A stretch of DNA of 64,000 nucleotides from the NCBI GenBank assembly GCA_016282375.1, contig JAEEKI010000019.1, positions 79,186 to 143,185 on the forward strand, given 5' to 3'. The stretch is from Bacillales bacterium (GTDB lineage Bacteria > Bacillota_I > Bacilli_A > RF39 > UBA660). The notes beneath the pieces are model-generated. The model was given only the letters and a program-made list of their open reading frames with translations. It did not search any database and was not told the origin of the DNA. Both the position numbers and the translations under genes were made by a program. Below are positions 45,009 to 54,713 of this stretch, piece after piece. The first letter of the stretch is position 1. Every line of letters begins with the position of its first letter.

Positions 45009-45614
45009 CTATTTAGTATCTAATAATTTTCTCGTATTAAAGTAATATTGACAACCACTGATAACACTTAATATTGTAGCAATAATAATACAAAGTTCTG
45101 CAAAATTAAAATGAATTAATTCAAAAGGCAAATTGCCGAATAATGTTAAAGTGACTCCAGTCATCATAAAGACCGTTTTGATTTTGCCCATCCATGATGC
45201 TGCTACTACTTTACCCTTATTCCCAGAAACCATCTTGCATGTATCGGTAATAATATCTCTGGTAATGATAATAACTGGAATAACTACGGGAATTAAACGA
45301 TCATAAGCTAAAATAATTAGTACACCATTAACTAATATCTTATCAGCAATCGCATCAAGCATCTTACCTAAATCTGTAACCATATTAAGTTTACGAGCTA
45401 AATGACCATCAATACGATCGGTCAAGCTAGCAATCATGAACAAAACACCAGCAATAATATACTTTAAACTAATTGGCGTATCCAAAGTCTTACCAAAAAT
45501 AGAACTATATAAAGGAAAGTTCACATTTAAAGAATGCCAAGGAATACATAACATAATCAGAATAATTATTGATAATACAATTCTTGAAACCGTAATTTTA
45601 TTTGGTAAATTCAT
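45009..45614 (-). CDS. pgsA: CDP-diacylglycerol--glycerol-3-phosphate 3-phosphatidyltransferase
   Basis: CDP-alcohol phosphatidyltransferase motif DRIDGHLARK...G...DAIADK, with a multi-TM profile. Confidence 0.9.
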   Translation of the reverse strand: MNLPNKITVSRIVLSIIILIMLCIPWHSLNVNFPLYSSIFGKTLDTPISLKYIIAGVLFMIASLTDRIDGHLARKLNMVTDLGKMLDAIADKILVNGVLIILAYDRLIPVVIPVIIITRDIITDTCKMVSGNKGKVVAASWMGKIKTVFMMTGVTLTLFGNLPFELIHFNFAELCIIIATILSVISGCQYYFNTRKLLDTK

Positions 45615-45620
45615 ATTAAC

Positions 45621-46094
45621 CTACTTTCCATAACTTATAGCTGTGGCATTTTGATTATTGATAGTAATTTGTTTAACGCTCCATATAACTGCTAAAATCA
45701 ATAATAAGACCAAAACAACATAAATTATTACATAAATACCATTTTTTACTTTTTTTTCTTTCTTAGTATATGGAGAAATAACTTTTTTCTCTTCTGAATC
45801 ACTCTTCATATTCGATTCAATTTGTTTTTCAATATCCTTGACAGGAATCTTCGAAGTAGCTTCGAACACAAATTCATTAAACTCATCAATTATTTTTTCG
45901 TAATCCAAGCCTAAATACTTAGCATAATTAGCTACATATTCTTTTAAAGTAAATACATCAGAAAATGCTCCTGATTTTCCATCTTCAATATTTTCTAATA
46001 TAGCTTCATCAATATCTAAATCTTCACTAACTTCTTTTAAAGAAATACCGGCATTTTCTCGCGTATGCTGAAGCAGCCTACCTATCTCTTCCAA
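45621..46094 (-). CDS. rodZ: RodZ-like HTH membrane protein
   Basis: XRE-type HTH IGRLLQHTRENAGISLKEVSEDL, a linker and a C-terminal TM helix. It sits upstream of pgsA as in Bacillus. I shortened the start to the TTG at 46094 (after AAGGATGTGA) because the longer ORF runs into rnpB. Confidence 0.6.
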   Translation of the reverse strand: MEEIGRLLQHTRENAGISLKEVSEDLDIDEAILENIEDGKSGAFSDVFTLKEYVANYAKYLGLDYEKIIDEFNEFVFEATSKIPVKDIEKQIESNMKSDSEEKKVISPYTKKEKKVKNGIYVIIYVVLVLLLILAVIWSVKQITINNQNATAISYGK

Positions 46095-46119
46095 AAAAAT
46101 CACATCCTTAATAATAACA

Positions 46120-46468
46120 ATAATATCTTGTAAGCCATGTTCTGTACTTAATAAATAAGTGACAAACATTTATCTATGCCTATCGGCATCCAACTATTGG
46201 TTCATTTTCCTTTAGTCAGTTCCCCTACCAAAATTTGGGTTTCTCACTCGCGGGGTTTACCACGTTCCACTCCTTTTATTACTAAAAGGCTCGTCTCTTT
46301 GGCACTTTTATACTTACTTTATTCTCAGAAAGAATATTTCAGAGCCGTTAGTTTAAAACTACCTTGAGTTATTTATTCCTCAAGCGCGAACACTACACTC
46401 ATCGCAGAATGTGTGAGCATGGACTTTCCTCTACAGTTATTATGACTGCAGCGCTTGTCCAGATATTA
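46120..46468 (-). ncRNA. rnpB: RNase P RNA (bacterial, type B-like)
   Basis: On the minus strand: GAGGAAAGTCCATGCTCACAC (46431-46411), GGTAAACCCCGCGAGTGAGAAACCCAAAT, and the 3' P4 strand ACAGAACATGGCTTA (46145-46131). P1 pairing is ATATCT/AGATAT. The region is GC-richer than its surroundings. The ends are approximate. Confidence 0.85.
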
Positions 46469-46804
46469 TTGGTTTTTACCATAAACAACTTTTTCCAGTT
46501 GACTAATTCTTCGTAGAAGGTCAATATTTGTTACTGTTCTTTGACTAGCATTTTCACTTTCGCTTTCAGCACTAGCAAGATCAGCTTTCAATTTTCTAAT
46601 TTCGCCTTGCAAAGTATTGTTGTCTTCTGTTAAATTTTTAATTTGTCTTTCTAATTCTTTGATTATATTATTATACTCAGTATAATCTCTAATCACCATA
46701 TCTAAATACTTGTCAACCTCTTGAGGACGATATCCTCTAGCATCGATTTTGAAATCATGTTCCAAAATTTCTTGAGGTGTTAAATAAATCTTATCATTGT
46801 ACAT
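46466..46804 (-). CDS. gpsB: cell-cycle protein GpsB (DivIVA-domain)
   Basis: LTPQEILEHDFKIDARGYRPQEVDKYLDMVIRDY plus a coiled coil. It lies next to rnpB as in B. subtilis. Confidence 0.85.
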   Translation of the reverse strand: MYNDKIYLTPQEILEHDFKIDARGYRPQEVDKYLDMVIRDYTEYNNIIKELERQIKNLTEDNNTLQGEIRKLKADLASAESESENASQRTVTNIDLLRRISQLEKVVYGKNQ

Positions 46805-47071
46805 TTTATACACCTTCTAACAATGAAATTATAACAAATGGTCCTATTCATTGCCAAGTTCTACGGGGGATTGAGCATTCAGATTGAGTAGACTGTAATC
46901 AACATCTAAAAGCATTTTATTCAAAATAAAATCAATATCCATATCATCACCTTTATCATCATATTTAATTATGAAGAGATATGCAATCTTTTCGACAAAC
47001 AAAGTCAAAAAATAATATATTATAGTTAACAAAAACAAGATACTTTGATATAATTTAATATGGTGATTAAG

Positions 47072-47620
47072 ATGAATTACCCCAATAACATCAAAAAAGA
47101 TTACAACAAGAATGTTACCTATGGTAATCGGGGTATGTTTCTTGAAAACCTAATCAATATAACAAATGATTATTATCTTGAAAAAAATATAGCTGTTATT
47201 TATAAAAAGCCAACACCGATTCAAGTAGTAAAATATGATTATCATACTAAAAGAATCACCGATGCTTACTACATGTCAGAATCAACGTTAGATTACAATG
47301 GTATTTATAAAGGTTATTATATTGAATTTGATGCTAAAAGTACTAATACTAACAATTTACCCCTGGCGAATATTGCAGAGCATCAATTAAAACATTTAAA
47401 AAAGATTATTGAACATCAAGGAATTGTTTTTTTATTAATTATGATTAATAGCGAAGCATACTTATTACCAGGAAGCAAAGTAATTGAGTTTATTGCTAAT
47501 AATAAACGCAAAAGCATTCCTTATGAATATATCCAAGAAAATGGCTATATGCTAAAGATAAATTATTTAAAAGGGATTGACTATCTTAAAGCAGTTGATT
47601 TATTAATTGAGGAGATGTGA
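47072..47620 (+). CDS. recU: Holliday junction resolvase RecU
   Basis: YGNRGMFLENLINITNDYY and the YYIEFDAKST catalytic region. Followed by ponA as in Bacillus. Confidence 0.9.
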   Translation: MNYPNNIKKDYNKNVTYGNRGMFLENLINITNDYYLEKNIAVIYKKPTPIQVVKYDYHTKRITDAYYMSESTLDYNGIYKGYYIEFDAKSTNTNNLPLANIAEHQLKHLKKIIEHQGIVFLLIMINSEAYLLPGSKVIEFIANNKRKSIPYEYIQENGYMLKINYLKGIDYLKAVDLLIEEM

Positions 47621-47621
47621 A

Positions 47622-50216
47622 ATGAAAAAAATAAAAATTAAAAAGAAACATAAGAGTTCGAACTCGCTTACTAAGACTAAGAATAGTCTTAAAAAGTTTA
47701 TTCAAGAAAAAGGCGTTGGTAAACTGATTCTAGCCATTATTTTAATTGGCATGATTATTGTATCTAGTTTACTATTAATATTCGCTCTATATATTATTAT
47801 TAGTTCACCAGATTTTGATAAAGACCTTCTTTATACGAAGGAAGCCACCATTATTTATGACTTAAAAGGTAATGAATTAGCTAGAATTGGTCGAGAAAAT
47901 CGTGAATTAATTACTTATGATGACTTGCCACAAGTATTCGTTGATGCCTTAATTGCTACCGAGGATTCACGTTTCTTCCAACACAATGGCTTAGACATTG
48001 CACGTTTTCTTAAAGCCAGTCTAAAACAATTAATGGGTAGTGATGAAGGTGGAGCATCCACCCTATCCATGCAGCTTGTTAAGAAGACATTTACTCAAAA
48101 GAATAATGACCGAGAAACCAAAATTCAAAGTTTTATTCGTAAATTTCGTGATATTTATATATCTGTATTTAAACTAGAAAATAGTTATACCAAAGAAGAA
48201 ATTATTGAATTCTATGCTAACTCACTATGGTTTGGTAATGATGGTAACTTAAACTACTTAGGTATCTATGGTGTTGAACAAGCTAGTCAGCATTTCTTTG
48301 GTAAATCCATATCAGAACTTACACTTGCAGAAACATCCCTATTAGTAGGTATGTATCAAAACCCTGCTTGGTATAATCCGTATCGTAATCCAGAAGGATG
48401 TAAAAATCGTCAAAAAACCGTACTAAAATTAATGGTACTTCATGGTTATATAACTGAAGATGAAAAAGAAGAAATTTTAGCCATCCCTATCGAAAGTCTA
48501 TTGATAGAAAAAACGATGGGAGCTAAGAATGAAAATCAAGCTATCATTGACTATGTCATTGATGAAGTCGAAGAAATAACTGGTAACGATCCTAAAAATG
48601 TTCCAATGAAAATTTATACAACGATTGACCCTGATGTTCAAGAAGTTGTTAATAATGCAGCTGCTGGTAAATATTTCACTTTCTATACCGATTTGGATGA
48701 AGTTGGTATTGCTGTTACTGATGTTGAAACAGGTGGTATTGCAGCCATGTCTGGTGGTAGAAATTATGTAGCTTTAGGTCTCAACCGAGCTAATAACCGT
48801 CGTCAACCAGGATCAACTGCTAAACCATTCTTCGATTACGGACCTTATATTGAATACTTTAATGGTTCTTCTGGTGATTATTTCTTCGATGATGTGTACA
48901 CATATTCTGATGGAACTCCTATTGCCGATGCCGATCACAAATATCAAGGAATGATTACCATTCGTGAAGCCTTAGTAGGTTCGAGAAATATTACCGCATT
49001 ACAAGCCTTCCAAAAAGTAATGGCTGCTGATAGTACTTATATATCTGATTATGTTCATTCATTCGGATTAGATTATGGTGAAAACCTATATGAATCTGCT
49101 TCAATCGGTGGATTTGACGGTGTATCACCTATTGAAATGAGTGCTGCATATGGTGCATATGCTCGTGGTGGTTACTATATTAAACCTTATATCTTTACTA
49201 AAATAGTATACGATGATGACACAGTATTTGAATATAAACCATCCAAAGATAAAGTTGTTAGTGAAGAAACAGCTTACATGATTACAAGTTGCTTAATATC
49301 CGCTGTTAATAATGGTTGGAGTGGTACAATTAATGTTACTGGTACAGAAGTAGCAGGAAAAACAGGAACTACAAACCTTGATAATGACACCATTGCACAA
49401 CTTGGTCTACCTGCTGGAACAATTCCAGACTCTTGGTCTGCATCTTACACCTCTGAATATAGTATTGCCCTATGGTATGGTTATGATAAACTACACCCAG
49501 AGGATCCAAAATTAAATATGGATACCAATACTGGATGGTACGCACGTTCAAGATTGATGGCTGCTCTTGCTAATAATATTTATAGTACAAATCGCACATT
49601 TAAAGTTCCAAGTGGTATCGTTAGAGTTGAGGTTGAAAAATATACTATTCCTCTTCAATTACCTTCTGAAAATACACCAGCTAATATGAGAATGGTTGAA
49701 TTATTTAAGGAAGGTACTGAGCCAACTGAAGTATCACCAAGATATGCTACATTAGCTACTCCCACCGACGGTAAATCAAAATTAACTAATGACAATGTTA
49801 GTTTATCATGGACTTCTATCAAAGAACCAAGCGCCACAAATACAGAGTTTTTAACAGATTATTTTAATGAAAACTATGGGGTGTTTGCCTCCAAATACTA
49901 CGAAAGTAGAATAAAAGAAAATGAAGAAACTTTTGGACAACTTGGATATAACATTTATAAAAAAGAAAAAGATGGTAATTTAACTAGTTTGGGATGGACA
50001 TCAAATTCCCAGTTTACGCAGACTGTAGAGCCACATACTAACTATACATTTGTAGTTAAAGCCGCCTATGAAAAGTTTAAAAGTAATGAATCTGACAGTC
50101 TAGAAATCAAAGTCAAAACAACTGATATAATTGTTAATCCAGATCCTCAGCCAGATGAAGATGATGATAATAACAATAATAAACCACATAAACCACATGA
50201 TACTGGTTTAAATTAA
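47622..50216 (+). CDS. ponA: bifunctional class A penicillin-binding protein (PBP1A)
   Basis: GT51 motifs EDSRFFQHNG and GASTLSMQL. Transpeptidase motifs GSTAKPF (SxxK), GSRN and KTGTT. N-terminal TM helix and a C-terminal extension ending in an acidic/Asn tail. Confidence 0.9.
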   Translation: MKKIKIKKKHKSSNSLTKTKNSLKKFIQEKGVGKLILAIILIGMIIVSSLLLIFALYIIISSPDFDKDLLYTKEATIIYDLKGNELARIGRENRELITYDDLPQVFVDALIATEDSRFFQHNGLDIARFLKASLKQLMGSDEGGASTLSMQLVKKTFTQKNNDRETKIQSFIRKFRDIYISVFKLENSYTKEEIIEFYANSLWFGNDGNLNYLGIYGVEQASQHFFGKSISELTLAETSLLVGMYQNPAWYNPYRNPEGCKNRQKTVLKLMVLHGYITEDEKEEILAIPIESLLIEKTMGAKNENQAIIDYVIDEVEEITGNDPKNVPMKIYTTIDPDVQEVVNNAAAGKYFTFYTDLDEVGIAVTDVETGGIAAMSGGRNYVALGLNRANNRRQPGSTAKPFFDYGPYIEYFNGSSGDYFFDDVYTYSDGTPIADADHKYQGMITIREALVGSRNITALQAFQKVMAADSTYISDYVHSFGLDYGENLYESASIGGFDGVSPIEMSAAYGAYARGGYYIKPYIFTKIVYDDDTVFEYKPSKDKVVSEETAYMITSCLISAVNNGWSGTINVTGTEVAGKTGTTNLDNDTIAQLGLPAGTIPDSWSASYTSEYSIALWYGYDKLHPEDPKLNMDTNTGWYARSRLMAALANNIYSTNRTFKVPSGIVRVEVEKYTIPLQLPSENTPANMRMVELFKEGTEPTEVSPRYATLATPTDGKSKLTNDNVSLSWTSIKEPSATNTEFLTDYFNENYGVFASKYYESRIKENEETFGQLGYNIYKKEKDGNLTSLGWTSNSQFTQTVEPHTNYTFVVKAAYEKFKSNESDSLEIKVKTTDIIVNPDPQPDEDDDNNNNKPHKPHDTGLN

Positions 50217-50253
50217 AAAAAACACATCATTATGATGTGTTTTTTATATTTAA

Positions 50254-51903
50254 TTACTTACCTCTTATTTGTTCATTATAATTAGTAAATGTAAAATTTA
50301 TTGGTTGCTTATTTCGAACATCAATGATGGTATAAGAATTATTATCAACCCAACTATTAACATTTTCTATGTAATTATAATCGCCAACAATATCACCATT
50401 AATGCCTTTACGATAATTAATCCAACCAATATCAGCAGAATTATTTAAAACATCTTCTGGTCTAACTCCGTGATCATAAGCATACCTACTAATAATGGTT
50501 TTTAATGCATAAGGACCCATATTATACGCTTGAAGAGCTACTGGTAAATTATAATTACTTTCTATTAAATTATATTGTAAAATGGCACAACCAATCCGAA
50601 TATTACCATCTACACTGACTAATTTATCATCTGTAATAGCTAATTCTCTTGGCTCATAATTACCCGTTGCTTCATTTAATTCATAAACTGTAAGGGTACT
50701 ATTAATTAAAACATTATACTGAATTTGCATTAGGCCAATGGCTCCGCCTGGATCAACTGTTGTAGCATGAACGCCTCTTTCTTGTGTTGCAATTCCTAAC
50801 ACTAAATTAGGATCAAGACCATATAGATGCGCATAGTATTCGATTAAACCATAATAATTATTCTTACAATAGACTGCTTTATCAGTATCAGAATAGTCCG
50901 GAAATTCTAAATAAACGGTTGTTCCACTATCTTGAGCATAATTATTAGTATTATCATAACTTGGTTCAACATAACTAGTTGGTTCAGCAACAACTTCATT
51001 ATAACCGTTAAGGTTTTCACTACTAACTTCTTTATTAACAGAAACTTGTTCAGTAGTTTTCTGTAATGTTGGTGCGCTATAATCCACATAAGAAATAACA
51101 GGTTCAGTTGTCTCTTGTTGTTCAGTCTCAAACCAATCATTTTCTTCAGTTATAGGAGCAGTTTCTAATGGAGTTTCTAAAACAGGATTTTCTGCCACGG
51201 TTTCTAATGTTGTTTCAACTGTATCTGATGTATCCAGTATTTCTCCTATTTCATTCATCATTGTTGTTAATCGTTGCGTTAATTGCTCTGTTTCTGGTGC
51301 CGATTGAACAACATTATTTTCAGGAATATATGGCCTTTCCACAGGCAAAAAATCATCCACCATATTGCTTGTATCAACTGTATCATCCATAATGCTCTCA
51401 TATTCATCTACAACAGCATAGTTTGATGCTTGAGGCAACGTTACATCACTAGCTTCGACAGTATTAGGCAATTCATTGTTCTTCATTGAGAAAAAAGACA
51501 ATACTATGCCCGCCATTAAAACTAATGCACTAACTTTTTTTATTGTTTTAACCTTTTTTCCTGATGTACGTACTATTTCACTCTTTTCTCTTTTAGCAGC
51601 TAAATCCAAATAACCATTTCTTTCGCATAACTGAGCAATAATACTTGGCATTGTCTTTAATTCTGGTAATTCCAATATTTTTTCAAAATTTAAAAACACT
51701 AAAGAAGAACCATCTGTTAAACTTTGTAATATTAATACCTTTCTTTCCTTATCAAATTTTACAATACTTTGATTAAGATTAAAAACGCTATTAATACCAT
51801 TCATTACTTGATTATCTACCGATAATACCTGTTTCTCATTATTCGGTAAATCTCTATATAAAACAGTATGACCATCACGATTAGCAACAATAAATCTACT
51901 CAT
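50254..51903 (-). CDS. bitopic protein with C-terminal lytic transglycosylase (SLT) domain
   Basis: Cytoplasmic N-domain, a TM helix (VSALVLMAGIVLSFF), an acidic Thr/Glu-rich linker, and SLT motifs AIGLMQIQ and AYNMGP. Confidence 0.72.
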   Translation of the reverse strand: MSRFIVANRDGHTVLYRDLPNNEKQVLSVDNQVMNGINSVFNLNQSIVKFDKERKVLILQSLTDGSSLVFLNFEKILELPELKTMPSIIAQLCERNGYLDLAAKREKSEIVRTSGKKVKTIKKVSALVLMAGIVLSFFSMKNNELPNTVEASDVTLPQASNYAVVDEYESIMDDTVDTSNMVDDFLPVERPYIPENNVVQSAPETEQLTQRLTTMMNEIGEILDTSDTVETTLETVAENPVLETPLETAPITEENDWFETEQQETTEPVISYVDYSAPTLQKTTEQVSVNKEVSSENLNGYNEVVAEPTSYVEPSYDNTNNYAQDSGTTVYLEFPDYSDTDKAVYCKNNYYGLIEYYAHLYGLDPNLVLGIATQERGVHATTVDPGGAIGLMQIQYNVLINSTLTVYELNEATGNYEPRELAITDDKLVSVDGNIRIGCAILQYNLIESNYNLPVALQAYNMGPYALKTIISRYAYDHGVRPEDVLNNSADIGWINYRKGINGDIVGDYNYIENVNSWVDNNSYTIIDVRNKQPINFTFTNYNEQIRGK

Positions 51904-52144
51904 TAAAAACACCATCCTCATTTAAAATGGTATTCAAAAAGTTATTAACGTATTGCCATTCATTATCATCATCAATATCATACAATTTCATTTCACCGTT
52001 TTCTTCGCTGCACTTAGATACTAAAATATTTGAATCATTTTCTTTAGAATAAGCTATATAATTATTTTGATTGTTACTCCATTTAGCAATTACAGTATAT
52101 TCCATATCTTGATTGCCATCATTTAGATATATTTTTTGTTTCAT
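51896..52144 (-). CDS. small acidic protein (DUF1292-like, tentative)
   Basis: Start MKQKIYL follows GGGAGAG. 82 aa with the pattern ...MEYTVIAKW...YIAYS...ILVSKCSEENGEMKLYDIDDDNEWQYV. Confidence 0.45.
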   Translation of the reverse strand: MKQKIYLNDGNQDMEYTVIAKWSNNQNNYIAYSKENDSNILVSKCSEENGEMKLYDIDDDNEWQYVNNFLNTILNEDGVFNE

Positions 52145-52197
52145 TGTACTCTCCCTATTGTAATAATACCATTTTTTAGTAAAAAAAAACAAGTATT

Positions 52198-52812
52198 CTA
52201 CTTATGAGAATACTCATTACATTTTATTAAACACTTATCACACAATGGTTTTTTGGCAGTACAAATATATCTTCCAAATAAAACTAATTGATGATGTAAT
52301 TTGTTGTAATCTTGTTTAGAAAAGAATTTTTCTAATTTATGTTCAATTGTTAATACATCATCATTTTTATCTGCAATACCTAATCGCTTAGTTACTCTTG
52401 TTACATGAGTATCAACCGCAAATGTTGGTTCATCGAATAATTCTGATAAAACAACATTACATGTCTTATGTCCTACACCGGGCAAACTTTCTAGATAATG
52501 TCGATTATTAGGAACAATACCATTATAATCTTTGGTTAAATGCCGAGCTATTTCTTTAGTATAAAACGCTTTTTTTGATGAGGTACCTAACGAATGCAAT
52601 AGTTTTTCTAATTTTTTTAAATCAGCGTTAGCTAGTTGCTCAAGAGAAAATTTATCAAACAATACTTTGGTTACTTCATTAACTCTTTTATCCGTACACT
52701 GAGCTGATAGCATAACGGCAATTAATAATTCATAGTCTTTAGTATAATGTAATTCACATTTAGGATTAGGAATCATTAAATCTAGTTTTGAACATATTTC
52801 ACTACTCTTCAT
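52198..52812 (-). CDS. nth: endonuclease III
   Basis: HhH-GPD motif LPGVGHKTCNVVLS with catalytic K/D context, and a C-terminal Cys cluster CTAKKPLCDKCLIKC. Confidence 0.88.
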   Translation of the reverse strand: MKSSEICSKLDLMIPNPKCELHYTKDYELLIAVMLSAQCTDKRVNEVTKVLFDKFSLEQLANADLKKLEKLLHSLGTSSKKAFYTKEIARHLTKDYNGIVPNNRHYLESLPGVGHKTCNVVLSELFDEPTFAVDTHVTRVTKRLGIADKNDDVLTIEHKLEKFFSKQDYNKLHHQLVLFGRYICTAKKPLCDKCLIKCNEYSHK

Positions 52813-53437
52813 CTAGCCAATTATACTCCAAAACATTTGCTTCATATAATTTATCATCATTCGAAGAACTATCTTTTTTCTTAAGATTGTTCATCACATC
52901 TTGCATATTTTTAAAGCCCTTCTTTTGCCATTCATATAAAATACGTTCAATATACCTAAGGGTCATAACACCGTTGTATTTTGCTTCTTCAAGGGCACCT
53001 AAGACCATCTCTTCACTAAATTCATGTTCAATCCAAGCATTAATTAACTCATAATCCATTCCTGATAAACTATGTCCATATATTTCTTGAAATTTTGTAA
53101 AGAAGTCTTGTTTTTTACTTTCCTTTACATTATTTTTAGATATATTATTAATATCATCATAAAGGCTTTCCATAGATACTTTATCAATTAACTGACCTGT
53201 TTCATTCTTCGCAGAATTTAAGTTAATTAACTTCTTATCGAGCAAGGATCCAAAAGCACTTAACACATCTTTTTCACTTAAAAACAAAGCTTTTGATACT
53301 TTTTTGACGTCAAAAATCATTTCTTCTTCGTTGTCGAAATACATTAAAACAAGGAACTCATTCAAAGATATGTTGTGTTTTAATGACTCTTTTAAAAATA
53401 AAGACTCTATTATGTATTTTTTATTTCCCTTGCTCAT
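52802..53437 (-). CDS. dnaD: DnaD-domain replication initiation protein
   Basis: wHTH-like N-domain and a C-terminal DnaD domain (YELINAWIEHEFSEEMVLGALEEAKYNGVMTLRYIERILYEWQKKG). The dnaD-nth order matches Bacillus. Confidence 0.72.
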   Translation of the reverse strand: MSKGNKKYIIESLFLKESLKHNISLNEFLVLMYFDNEEEMIFDVKKVSKALFLSEKDVLSAFGSLLDKKLINLNSAKNETGQLIDKVSMESLYDDINNISKNNVKESKKQDFFTKFQEIYGHSLSGMDYELINAWIEHEFSEEMVLGALEEAKYNGVMTLRYIERILYEWQKKGFKNMQDVMNNLKKKDSSSNDDKLYEANVLEYNWLDEE

Positions 53438-54515
53438 CCTTCCACTTCCTTATAATGTATTTTTTAATATCGTTCTTTTTATTTTTTAGTTGTCCAGTTA
53501 AAATTTGCTTCTTTAAATCATTCATTATTATGGAAACTTGTTTACTTGGTTCAATATTTAATAGTTTTAATATTTCTTCACCATTAATATCAATACCCTT
53601 CATACTCTTGATAGGCATATGATCAAACATTTTTGTAATCTTTTGTCTAGGTATCCCAATAATTTGTCCAACAACTAAAGATAAATACAAACCATTATTA
53701 AACAAGTCAAATTCATTAATAGTACCCTTGTTTAATGTAGTTTTAATTCTACTGATGTTTTCTTTTTCTGTCTTCGTAAAAATAATTTTATTACATTCAA
53801 TTTGTGCCCACATACCAATTAAATCATCAGTATATGTTATTTTACCATACTTTAAACCTATATGTTCAGCAATCTTTGTCTTATCTAGTAATTCTAGACC
53901 ATATTCATAATTTTGACTACTCAAAATCTTCGATAACTCTTCTTTGATTCTTTCCCCACTTAAAGTATTGACTAAGTGGGCATTATTCATGATTGATTCA
54001 TAAGTAATATCCTCAATAGCAAAATCTAAAATAGTCGCAAAACGAATCGCTCTTAGCATTCTTAAAGGATCTTGGACAAATTTAGTATCAGCATCGCCTA
54101 TAATCTTGACTATCTTTTTATCTAAATCCCCTAAACCACCAAGTAAATCGATGATGTTATCATTTTTATCCATACATAAAGCATTAATAGTGAAATCTCG
54201 ACGCTCAATATCCTCGAATAAACTGTTAATATATTCAACTTCGACAGGTTTACGATGATCGTATTTTTTTTCTTTACGATAAGTAGTTATATCAATATTA
54301 TATTTTTTTATTTTAATATTAAAACCACCATATCCATTACCCATTTGTGATACATTAAAAATATCTTTTAAGTTAACAGGTAAGGCATTCGTACATATAT
54401 CAACATCATAGGTATTTCTTTTTAATAATCGATCACGAACAAAACCGCCTACGACGTAAGCTTCATATCCTTCACTTTCAATTTTTTTCAATATATTTTT
54501 AATCAATTTATCCAT
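53421..54515 (-). CDS. cca: CCA-adding tRNA nucleotidyltransferase
   Basis: AYVVGGFVRDRLL...YDVDI head-domain motif, plus RRDFTINAL. Confidence 0.85.
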   Translation of the reverse strand: MDKLIKNILKKIESEGYEAYVVGGFVRDRLLKRNTYDVDICTNALPVNLKDIFNVSQMGNGYGGFNIKIKKYNIDITTYRKEKKYDHRKPVEVEYINSLFEDIERRDFTINALCMDKNDNIIDLLGGLGDLDKKIVKIIGDADTKFVQDPLRMLRAIRFATILDFAIEDITYESIMNNAHLVNTLSGERIKEELSKILSSQNYEYGLELLDKTKIAEHIGLKYGKITYTDDLIGMWAQIECNKIIFTKTEKENISRIKTTLNKGTINEFDLFNNGLYLSLVVGQIIGIPRQKITKMFDHMPIKSMKGIDINGEEILKLLNIEPSKQVSIIMNDLKKQILTGQLKNKKNDIKKYIIRKWKDEQGK

Positions 54516-54550
54516 AAATATCCATTATTATTTTAACATACTTGTACCCA

Positions 54551-54573
54551 TAAAAAAATCCCTAAAAAGGGAC
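54551..54573 (-). terminator. rho-independent terminator after tRNA-Leu
   Basis: Stem TCCCT/AGGGA followed by T7 on the minus strand. Confidence 0.65.
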
Positions 54574-54584
54574 TAAATACTCTT

Positions 54585-54671
54585 TGGTGCCCCCATCCGG
54601 ACTTGAACCGGAACTCTATTACTAGAAATAGATTTTGAGTCTATCGCGTCTACCAATTCCGCCATGGAGGC
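54585..54671 (-). tRNA. tRNA-Leu (CAA)
   Basis: Acceptor GCCTCCA/TGGGGGC, anticodon arm ATAGA-CTCAAAA-TCTAT, a long variable arm, T-loop TTCAAGT, encoded CCA. Confidence 0.9.
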
Positions 54672-54713
54672 CCAACAAGTAAATTATAACATATATTTTT
54701 ATTAAATGTAAAA

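Noticed and set aside
45621-46169. Full-length 182-aa version of the RodZ-like ORF.
   Set aside because: Its first ~25 codons (MFVTYLLSTEHGLQDIIVIIKDVIF) are the reverse reading of the 3' part of rnpB (ACAGAACATGGCTTAC...). A TTG with AAGGATGTGA upstream at 46094 gives a start consistent with the HTH beginning.
46176-46367. 63-aa plus-strand ORF (MPIGIQLLVHFPLVSSPTKIW...).
   Set aside because: It lies entirely inside the RNase P RNA gene on the opposite strand. Its openness is explained by the locally higher GC content, and it has no RBS.
46844-47038. 64-aa minus-strand ORF between gpsB and recU, with an internal 32-aa version starting MDIDFILNK after AAAGGTGATGAT.
   Set aside because: The longer form has no RBS and reads like promoter-region shadow. 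The 32-aa form has a decent RBS but no other support. It is too weak to list as a feature.
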